From Octopus sinensis (taxonomy: Eukaryota): 64,000 nucleotides of DNA. Below the pieces are notes generated by a model, which saw only the letters and a list, made by a program, of their open reading frames with translations, searched no databases and had not been told where the DNA came from. The DNA lies in contig NC_042999.1 in NCBI RefSeq assembly GCF_006345805.1, positions 26,164,001 to 26,228,000 on the forward strand. The letters run 5' to 3'. Shown here piece after piece: positions 53,690 through 64,000 of this stretch. A program made the translations under genes and the position numbers. Each line of letters opens with the position of its first letter. Positions within the stretch are counted from its first letter, which is position 1.

Positions 53690-54460
53690 ATATTTAATCG
53701 ATAGAAAGCTGAAAAGGGGTTATTACACACACAATAAATAAAAAAGATCGAAATAATAAACGCTTTATACACAAAGTGCTTCGTCCAAAGGCAACAGTTA
53801 GTCGTTCATATTTAATGCGGAAGACTGGTGATATTGTAGGGGAAGACTTTTAATATTTCACTTTGTATGAATGGAGACAAAAGATCATAAATCTCTGATG
53901 CTATTAAAATAGGCCAGAACATAATTATGACAAGTGTGTGTAGAAATTGAAATGAGGAATGTAAGAATGCAGCAGAATTAGTGAACGAAAGGAATCGCTA
54001 GATTGAGTGTAGTTTTATTAAAACATCGAGAATGCAAAGCATAGTCACTCTGTTTATTCCACAGAAAAATCATTATTGGAGTGGCTACGGATTGTAGATT
54101 GAAAATGAGGAACTGAAAGTATTTCCAGATAGCTGCCTGGGATCAAGCACTAAGCATTACTTCAGCTACTAAGCGTATTTATTCCGCTTCAAAGTACCAT
54201 TTATGTAATCTGAGAAGGGAATATTTAGCGTATTTTAGCAGGTTGCAAAATGTCTGCTCAAAAAGTGTAAAAAATGCATCACGATATGTTGTCTCAATGT
54301 TATGTAAAACACTTTGTAAATAATATGGATTTAAAAAGTTCAGAAAAGTGGTACAGCCTTGTAATAGTCAGAGTTTAATCAAACATCTATGTGATTTTCA
54401 CACCACCCAGACAAACTGAGCAACCGAACACCGTATATGACATAAAATAAACTTTTCTCC
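53690..54460 (+). mobile_element. Decayed Dong/R4-like 3' fragment
   Basis: IDRKLK...LRPKATVSR.YL, IAAWDQALS, SKYHLCN...ILAGCKMSAQK...HHD, YGF..SEKWY. Confidence 0.6.
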
Positions 54461-56144
54461 TCATCATAAAAATGTGATACTATTTTGCGTTATCCTGTTG
54501 CTTCTTTGCTTATTTCCTTCTGGTTCTTTTTTTCTTTTCGAAAATATCAGACAATCTCTTTGGATTTCATTTCGTCTCTCCTCTCTCATAGGTAGCTGGA
54601 TTTCTAATGCTGCGAAGTGTGTTTCTTGTTCACGTACTTTCAGCTGTTGTCCGTGTGGCACTCATAATCTCTACCGGTTGTGACTTGGAAACGGGGTGTT
54701 TGAGATTTTGCAGTGTACACCTGGCAATGATACAGGTTTTATTCTATAACCACCTTAAATAAAAGTAAGATTGTTCAAGCAAAACCACAATGGATCCTCT
54801 CTGCCGTCGAACTTTTCGAAATACTGAACAAAACACAGCTCTTTTTGTCGGTGTAGAAGAATATAAAAACTGCTATTACATGCTTTGCTATAAACCACCT
54901 AAGTACCTTAAGCCTCTTGCAAAAAGCGGACGTGCGAACGTCCTCACAGTTTCCGAGGCATCAAACGCAATGGTAACAGTAACAGCATTATTAACAAAAA
55001 CAACAGTGACAGGAGAAGCACCTATAATAAAAACAGCATTTACAGATGTAGGACTGCAAGCAAGAGCTGTCAAGACACCATCAAAGTCAAAAACCATTAT
55101 TGCTGCAAGAGTTTTGCCTATATTCTCAAGTTCACTAACTAAAACGTTGAAACGGAAGCTCACGCATATGTTACTTGTTCATTATGTATTAAACTACACA
55201 GACTCTCAAACCACTGATGTAAACTTTTGTTATGTGAAGAGAACAACAGACAAATAGGTCGTTATTCACAACATAAACAAATATTAAAATTACAGGCACG
55301 AATGAAAGAACGGATAAAAATCCTGCATTGGACAAACAAAATGCAGCAACAACCAAACCAACATTCAATATAAATCGTGCTTACACTCATCACCAAGGCT
55401 ATAATTCAGAAGAAATTCGATGATTAGATGGAGTACGTAGTCAATAACGAAAATACATTCTGAACACAGTGAAGGGTATGTATTGATTTATCAAAACTCT
55501 AAACATACATTTCTTGTACATGTGCATACAAATAAAATACATTTCATAATATGTAAACTTTACATAAAAAATAATAAAAAATGTAACATTTCGAGATAAA
55601 AATCCAGCAGATAAACAGCCAATCTGTGTTAGCAGGACTATGCAGGGTTTATGCTGTGAGAGAAGACCGACATTTACAGAGCCAGAACATGGCACGCTCA
55701 TGAGTATATAGAACCACATATATACAATGAGTATATACAACCACATATATACAATGAGTATATACAACTACATCTTCGAAAGCGAGGGACATAGAGAGTA
55801 GTGTTAGGGTAAATATTCACAAACAGCTCCCTCCAAAAAATTGGGATATTTTTGAAAAGGGAGTACGTGAAGGACCTATAAACTAAATTGAGAGAAATCC
55901 AAAGATGAAGACGACTTATTATTCTCTGTTCAATCGTTATAACAGTGGAGAAATAAATATATCCTTTACTTCTGTCGTCTAATTCTTGCTACTTAATTTT
56001 TTGCCCAGAAACCGCGTGGAATATAATTTATCTGCATTTCTGTTTACAATTGCATGGAATCTCGCACGAATGAGGTACTGGAATCCCATTATTTATGCAT
56101 AAGGAAGTTTTAGCTAAGATATTTCACAGAGATGCCACGATAAA

Positions 56145-56360
56145 CGTTGGTTTCAAATTTTGGCACAAGGGCAGTAATTTGAGGAAAGATGGTAACCTGG
56201 TTACACTGACCGCTGTGAAACATTGGAATTTGTTTTATGGATTGATAAAGGATGGAAAGCAAAGTCCTCCTTGGCGGTATTTCAACGCAGAACGTATGGT
56301 TGGAAGAAATCCCCGCTGAGCATATTTTCTGTAGCGGTAACGATTCAGGCAACTCGCCGC
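56145..56360 (-). mobile_element. Decayed family-A SINE
   Basis: tttcaaattttggcacaagg tail and actcgcc head. Confidence 0.6.
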
Positions 56361-57949
56361 CTTGAAATGTCACGGTAGCGAACAAAATTGTTATTAAAAT
56401 AATTACTTTTGCCATTCATTATTTGCCACAAACAATACTAAAACGTGCACACGTATTCGCAAATAAATAATTTCATGTGGTTACTCGACCTGCAAGATTT
56501 GAAAGACCGGTCTCAGTCAGATAGAAAGACATATTATTATAATGAAAGAAGAACTCTGATTATATAAAGTATTATGCACATTAAATATGTATGTAATTAC
56601 TATAGTAATGCAATAAAATAAAATTAAATATTTTACATTAAATATGTATATATTCATAGAAATGATATAATAAAATACCAGTAGAATTGCTTTTGACATA
56701 TGTATCGTGCAAAAAAGAATGGTTGCAATGTATATAATATTTATTAATTATAATTAAAAATATTTCAAAGTTTAGGACAATGTAATAAAAAAATAATCAA
56801 TATTTAGTTTGTTAAATATTTGCCGAAGATTTTTTGATATCTTTTAAACAGCAATTTGCTATTTCTGAAATAAACAAGTAAATAAAGTCTTGACATCGTC
56901 ACGTGCATACAGATCATGCAAGTCAAGAGATCAATGTAGATTTAATAATTATTGAATTCCTATCTATTGAAATTGCAGTTTATTGAAGCATATTATAGTC
57001 AGGAAGAGTAATTTTTATCATATCTAAGAAAACGAAAATTTTCTTTATTAAGCATAGGATATTTATGAAATGTAATTCAAAATGTTTAAAATGTTATAAT
57101 AATGTAATAAGAATTTAATCAATATTCGGTTTGTTAAATTAAATATTTGGAGAAAAGTTTACATTTTTAAACACAGTTTTACTATTAATGAAATAAAAAC
57201 TTTAGAAAGACATGGAAATGTTATGTTCGACTGGAATGTAAGGCATGATGTTTACGTAGATTTCACAATTGTTTTCTCTTCTGTTGCAATTTTAATTTTA
57301 TAAAGCAAATAATATATAATAACGGCAGTATGATTCTTCCTTTCCTAACTGCGAATCCCAATGCCCAATTTGAAACACAGTAAGAAAATACAAAATTGAT
57401 GTCTTCAAAAGCCACGCTAAAAAAACAAAAACAAAACGTATAAGTTTTAAGTAAACGAGTAGGTTGATATAATGAAAGCTCAATTATGATTAATTTTCTT
57501 GGACGTATGATTTGCACCGACGAGTATAGGTTCGGTAGCAGAAAAAAAAATAATGTTATTGTTTAACATAGAATCCACTCAATATGAGTGGTATACTGTC
57601 TTACATAATCAAAATCAGGATAAAAACTTTAGTAATGCTTCTAAGAAACTCAAATCATAAAAGTAAAACCACTAAAATGACTGGATAGCAGGTCCTTGAC
57701 CCAATAAACAATTTACTGACTCTCAACAAAATTAGTGTCATTGATTCTAGAATGGTGCTAATGATTTACCGAATCAACCGTGTAATTTTGACTTCTCATT
57801 CAATAAAAATGCATAGCTATTTCCCCTAAAACTTACTTTCATTATGTAGATAAGTGTAAGAGGTAATGTTTAAAGGGGTATATATTGTACCTTCAGACGC
57901 TACAATTTGTTCATTTATGGAATAATGTTGTCATATTCGAGTGGGCGCA

Positions 57950-58280
57950 CCATCTTGGCATTTCGATCTCCTCGACCGAGTTCAGAAGCGAGTCTCGAAT
58001 TTTATTGTTACCTCTCCTAATTGAAATCTGCAACACTTGTCATATCGATATGACATCGCCAGTGTTACGCTTTTCTATCGTCATTACCATTCGAAGTTCT
58101 CTGAGGAAATGTCTCTCTTCGTCCCAGATCATTTTGTGCTATCTCGTCTCACTCAAAATTCGCAACGTCTTTATTCAAATCCTGTTGGGCTTCAACAAAT
58201 AAGGAAGTCTTTCTACGGCACTAGCTTTCTTCCTCAAACTCTCAGAATTTAGAACTGTCTTCTGTCCTTTTGTTTTTCTC
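57950..58280 (+). mobile_element. CR1/L2-type LINE 3' fragment
   Basis: LQHLSYRYDIASVTLFYRHYHSKFSEEMS...SFLPQTLRI matches the L.HRR.VASL.LFYRY..G.CS.EL...SF.P.T..LWN pattern. Confidence 0.7.
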
Positions 58281-58494
58281 TTTCTTATGAACTGAACTCG
58301 TTTAAATCTAATCTAAATTCAATTCATTCTCCTAATTTCTCCCTCTTCATAGTCCTTTACACTCTGTAGCTTCAAGCGTCCTGCCTGTTTTTCGAACTTT
58401 AAAAAATAAAAATGAAAGCATTTAAACAATATCAAAAGATTATTTCACTCAGTGTTTACTGACGAAGACAACCTAAATTTCGATAATTTAAGCA

Positions 58495-58831
58495 AACAGA
58501 GGGTAAAAAAGACCTTCGGTCATGAATGACGAAGCGATTGCATCTAGAAAGTTCTCCTCCCAGGCACAAGTCCAGACAAGGTTGTTTATAGAAGTTTAGC
58601 AGTCGCCTGAACATACCAGACTCACTTGTCCTCAACACCGATGTTATTCAAGGGAAGGGCAAAGTCTGTGATATAGCGTGACACTAGCGACATCGCAGCC
58701 CATTTCTGCAGCTGAATGAACTGGAGCAACGTGAAATAAAGTGTCTCGCTCAAGATCTCAACCCACAGATCGCTCCCGGAATCGAACTTGCAAAAATAAC
58801 AATTGTGATCCTGACGCTGCAGTCACTGAGC
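58495..58831 (-). mobile_element. tRNA-derived SINE with a distinct body
   Basis: Minus-strand A box tggctcagtg, B box gttcgattcc, and central cttgagcgagacactttatttcacgttgctccag. Confidence 0.75.
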
Positions 58832-59559
58832 CATGCGCCCATAAGCAAATAAAGGAAGCTTATAAAGGGACTATTTCCCTTTGCAAATGAAAACAGTGGT
58901 AAAGTTTTCAAATATTTCCCCAAAATGAATTTTATTTACACATTCACAAACTCCTTCTTTTCTCTCTCTCTCTCTCTCTGTCATATTATCTTATATAACA
59001 TATAAGCTAAAAAGTTTTTGAAAATCACAAATTTTCCTTTTTTACCGTCTAGATATGTATATCGAGCGAATTGCAATAACGCCTGCCAGTCAATAACGTA
59101 CCGAGTTTGTATCTGGCGTGATTAGAGATACTTCACGTGTCACATGTATTATTTAGCCATGGCTAACAATCCTATAGGGTTTCTGCACATTCAAACATAT
59201 AAAAAGCAGGAACTACAACATTGCGCTCAACAGTGTTTCACATCTGGAGGTTGGTTCCTTATGTTGTGGTTGGCAACCTTTCTAAAGATTCTGACGTTTT
59301 AAATAATAGGGATGTGTTATCAATCAACAAGACTTCACATGAATAATTGGAGTTTAACAATAAATTATCTAATAACGAAAAACACAAGCAAACCTGAAAC
59401 TTTGGATGAATCTGACATATTCTGCAGGTGTACTTTGCCAGAGTCATTATTCAAGAATTGTTCGCAGAAAAGTTTACTTACTGGAGGACGTTTTGGAGCA
59501 GGGAGAAATTACACAATTTCGATATTAATTGATATACTATGCAGAAAAAAGAGAATGAA

Positions 59560-60030
59560 TCCAGTAAACTGTTTACACTCTGTCTACCCTATGTGAAAGT
59601 CCTCTCCGAAAAGATACAAACAATATGCGGTGCATATGACATCAGGACAGTATTCAAGCGTAATGTAACTCTTCGCAAATATCTCTTTCAGGTAAAACCA
59701 CCAATAGAAGAGAATACGACCAAAACTGCGTTTACTCCATCCCATGCAGCTGTGGTATTTTATACAAAGGTGAAACACGCCGCCACCTCAAAAAAGGTTA
59801 GAGGGACATCGGAAAGCTGTGACATGGGGACATATTGATAAAATGGGTATAACTGATCATGTACCGAAAAATGCAGTCAATTAAAATAACAGACAGAGAA
59901 GACCACTGGAAAATACGAAAATTAAAAGAAGCAGCTCATATGCTAGGACACAACAACCTCTTTAGGAGACCGAGTGCAGATATGAATAGCTTATAGGAAC
60001 CGGTATTAAGGAAAGTTAGAAAACTATTAA
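59560..60030 (+). mobile_element. Penelope-like 3' end, GIY-YIG endonuclease remnant (frameshifted)
   Basis: LPYVKVLSEKIQTIC..YDIRTVFK, then NCVYSIPCSCGILYKGETRRHL...HRKAV, then HWKIRKLKEAAHM. Confidence 0.85.
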
Positions 60031-60054
60031 ATTTATATGCCCTAAAATTCACTC

Positions 60055-60320
60055 CATAATTCCTCACGGGTATCTGATGCTGCGATTAAGAGCGCGGGAT
60101 ACTAGCCCCAAGATTTCTAGTTCGATTCTACGCCGTGAGCTGAATAATAATAATAATACACATAATAAGATCGAAAAATACCTTACAAATGAGAACACAG
60201 GTTCGAAATTTCCCCAAGACACCCGAAGCGTTGTGTTAAAAACAAAAAAAGATGAGGACAAATAGCGGACAAATGTAATTAATGTACATAATTCCTTATC
60301 TCTTAAATATAAAACTGTAG
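60055..60320 (+). mobile_element. tRNA-like head + (AAT)n + core-deleted HHR unit
   Basis: B-box-like gttcgattc at 60120-60128. ctcacgg (60063-60069) pairs with ccgtgag (60133-60139). Body is homologous to 23008-23190, with the CTGA..cagc segment deleted at ~60223. Confidence 0.75.
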
Positions 60321-60649
60321 TATGACGATATAATAATTATATTTTGATGAAAGTTACCTTTCTGATGGACGGATACGTCAAAAAGAAGCCATGCTATTGT
60401 TTAGCATTAGATGCTAGAAAAATAAAACAATTAATTTAAACAATTTTTAAATTCCAGTTTTGCTATCTAACAGGAGTAATGTACAGAATTGACAACACAT
60501 TGAATAAACACCTCTGCTGGAATAAAATCAAAAGGAAATACTTTTCCAGTTGTAAAACGTCGAGTAACTTCAGAATATGATTTTTCTGACTTCACAAGTA
60601 GCAGTAAATAATAATTCTAAAAAGCTTGAAATTTTTTGGGGAAAGGATG

Positions 60650-60941
60650 ATCGTAGTGTTCAACTGGTACTTATTTTATCGATCCTGAAAGGATGAAAGG
60701 CAAATTAGACTTTGGCGAAACTTGAACTCGGAACGTAAAGACGGCGGAAATATATGTTAGCTTTTTCTTTACTACCCACGATGGGCTAAACACAGAGGGG
60801 ACAAACGAGGACAGACAAACGGATTAAGTCGATTATATCGACCCCAGTGTGTAACTAGTTCTTAATTGATCGACCCCGAAAGGATGAAAGGTAAAGTCTA
60901 CGCATTTCGTCCGAGGTGCTAACGGTTCTGCCAGCTCGCCG

Positions 60942-60945
<4 letters not shown>
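60650..60945 (-). mobile_element. Two nested or adjacent family-A SINE pieces
   Basis: The gaaaggatgaaagg core appears twice; head ctgccagctcgcc. Confidence 0.75.
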
Positions 60946-60979
<34 letters not shown>

Positions 60980-62297
60980 CCCAAACGCATTACCAGGGTA
61001 TACTGGCGTCGTATATTTTACCCCAGTCTCACTTTGATGGCATGCACTACTCTCTCACTCAATAATAATAATAATAATAGTAATAATAATTATAATAATA
61101 ATAACAATGATATCAGTAGTGGCACCCATAGTTTTTATCTTAGCTAATTACAAGTGTAAACGTGTTACCTGTATGTTTTGTGTCGGTGTAAAAATAGTGT
61201 ACATCAAATATTCTGCTCAAAACTGCTGAGTTGCTTGCCACTTGCTTGACCGTAACCAGTTGGGCATGTCCTTTAGGGACTGAAGATACATGAACGTCTG
61301 ATCACGTGCAGGAGTAGTGGGGGTGCAATATAACCATGTGCTCAAAGGGATTATACGCAGTTCGAATACTGCACCTCAGGAAACATGAGTGTCTCGTTCA
61401 TCAGCTTTAAACAATCCTTCTTCAGGGACATTGAGCTGAACGGGATACTCGATATTGACAGCTCGCCTCCTTATTGATAGAAATAATAATCTCCTCTACT
61501 CTAGGAAGAAAGCCTGAGATTTGCTTCGGGGAGGGGACTAGCCAATTACATTGACTTTAGTGCTCGACTGGTATTTATTATATCGACTTCGGAAGGATAA
61601 TATAATAAATCTTATATTTTCGATTTTTATCATATCATTAATATCTGTATTTCAACATAAAGTACTACTACCAAAATGATTAATATAAGCTGGATATTAA
61701 AAAAATGAACAAAAAACACAGTACATGATGGCTTTGTTATTGAGGTTATAACTACATTTACCACTACTGAAACATTCATATCAGAGAAATCAAAATATCT
61801 CAACATAATCTTATATGTGTCTATCAATATTTGCATCACACACTTTTCACCAGTTTCCACCATTTAAATACCAACGCATTAGGGGTGGGGGGGCGGTAGA
61901 ACTGGAAAGAAGGAAAGAAAATCACGCTATTTACATATTCCTTGCATCTACTCGTCCTTCTTAAAATCACCATAATCTTCCTAATATTCACCCATCCTCA
62001 CTCCTCACCATCACCACCACAACCACACCACCACCAACAACAACAACACTACCACCGTCGTCGTCGACATCGTCATCCGCATCTTCATCGCAATTTTTCT
62101 CATCCTCCGATATTTTACATGCTTACTTCTGTAATTATGTCTTCAACAGTTCCATGATAACTTCTCCTGCACTAGCTGGTGCATCTCCTTACTTCCAAAG
62201 AGTGAGCAGCAAGGTCCTACGTTGACAATATATATATTTCTTTTAGAAGTGTTTACCTCTTTGCTTTGTTAAGGCATTTATTTTTGCTGCCCCTGTT

Positions 62298-62520
62298 CTC
62301 TCTTTACTCTTTTACTCTTTTACTTGTTTCAGTCATTTGAGTGCGGCCATGCTGGAGCACCACATTTAGTCGAGCAACTCGACCCCGGGACTTATTCTTT
62401 GTAAGCCCAGTACTTATTCTATCAGTCTCTTTTTGCTGAACCGCTAAGTGACGGGGACATAAACACACCAGCATCGCTTGTCAAGCAATGCTAGGGAGAC
62501 AAACACAGACACACAAACAT

Positions 62521-62601
<81 letters not shown>

Positions 62602-62762
62602 TACGACAGGCTTCTTTCAGTTTCCGTCTACCAAATCCACTCACAAGGCTTTGGTCGGCCCGAGGCTATAGTAGAAGACACTTGCCCAAGGTGCCACGCA
62701 GTGGGACTGAACCCGGAACCATGTAGTTGATAAACAACCTACTTACCACACAGCCACTCCTG
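62298..62762 (-). mobile_element. Family-B SINE with internal (CA)n(TA)n
   Basis: Reverse-complement homolog of 21477-21910. Confidence 0.85.
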
Positions 62763-63009
62763 TTCGTGGTTAATCTTTTTAAAATCTGTTTTTCGTTATG
62801 TTTAAAATATATGCAATACGCGTTTACCATTTTGTGATTGTATTTCGTACATGCCGTGCGATTCGAGTTGAATATTTTAGTGTTGGATGTTGATTGTGTA
62901 TAGTATAGGAATTGTGTTATATTACTGCCAGTTATTTGTATTGTATATTTTTCGTATGGGATGAGATAGAGCATCATTTGTGTATTATGTAATATTAAGT
63001 GTTGTTAAA

Positions 63010-63215
63010 GCTGGAAGCTGTCAAAATGGTTAGCGCGCCGGGCAAACAGCTCAACGACGTTTTATTCGTCTTTTCGGTCTGAGTTCAAATTCCACTGAGA
63101 TCGTCGACCTTGCCTTTCAGCATTTCTGAGTACTACTTGAATCCTGGGTTCGATGTAATCGATTTCCTCCCCAGCAAAATTGCTGGCCTTTTCCCCGAAT
63201 TTGAAACTCATGTTA
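63010..63215 (+). mobile_element. Decayed family-A SINE
   Basis: gttagcgcgccgggc...gagttcaaattcc...gatgtaatcga. Confidence 0.7.
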
Positions 63216-64000
63216 AATGTTGTTGACATTATAAGTATTTATAAATATGCTGTTATCTATAGCTTCTTCTGCTTCGGGTTTCACTGCTGCAAAATAGAAT
63301 AAAGTGTTATTTAATTAGGTAGGTCGTAATAAAAGGCAATGTGTGTGTTATGTTATATTATTAGGTCATATTTCTGTCATCGTATTTTAAGAGTGTTAAC
63401 GTGTGTGTCTATACATGTAGAGAATATACGGTGTGATTTCCGCTTTTAAATATAAATTATCTCATGTAAAATGTTGACTGTATTGATTACGGCTGTATTT
63501 CAAACTATGAGTAGATTTCTCTTACCAGGTTTGTTGTGCTTATACTGTTATTTTTAAGGTTAACTATTATTTTTTCTATGACTTTACTTTACAAACTCTA
63601 ATCATTTAATTTCTACTATTCGCATTTCGAAGTTTCTGCTTTCTCACAGTTTATCAAAATATATCCAGTCAATATTTTGCCTACAAACGATTGGAATATT
63701 TATTTGATCACGGAGCTTTATTTCAGTCCTTGATAATTATACCAAACGGTCTTCCTTAATCTACTTTTCGTTCTAGACAAGCATCTTGTGATAATCGCTA
63801 ATCTGATTGTTCCTTATTGATACAATTTCTTCTAAGAAGCCTAATTTTAATAATGATGTCAGATGTTGTCACTTACTGGACTAGGACGAGTCCAGTATTT
63901 TTCTCCTTTATCTTCGATTACTAGACTTTTACACACTTGTTTCCTCGAAGAGCAAAACATTTTTAGATGTTCCATGTTCATTAATCAAGTTTCAGATTAT

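Noticed and set aside
55698-55770. 27-bp tandem repeat (~2.7 copies) as CRISPR-like
   Set aside because: No spacers, no cas genes, eukaryotic context; a simple minisatellite.

Overview
AT-rich, microsatellite-dense eukaryotic DNA with no recognisable host protein-coding gene. The SINE families look like those I recall from octopus genomes; that assignment is inference from memory, not a search. Most ORFs in the supplied track are microsatellite translations. Real content: one near-full-length CR1/L2-type LINE (APE+RT, ORF1 with two CCCH fingers), a decayed hAT transposon with TIRs and a degenerate TSD, and fragments of RTE, Dong/R4, L1-like, Tigger/pogo and Penelope-like elements (PLEs), plus many tRNA-derived SINEs. 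The main unexplained signal is about ten minimal type I hammerhead ribozyme (HHR) motifs, most sitting in fold-back inverted repeats next to (TA)n or (TAA)n tracts. Two have intact cores (13673-13755 and 40144-40186). In both, the inverted partner arm lacks the CUGANGA core. A second notable unit is a tRNA-like head + (AAT)n + HHR, seen at 22.9 kb and 60.1 kb; the latter directly follows a PLE GIY-YIG 3' end. All folds and alignments were done by eye.
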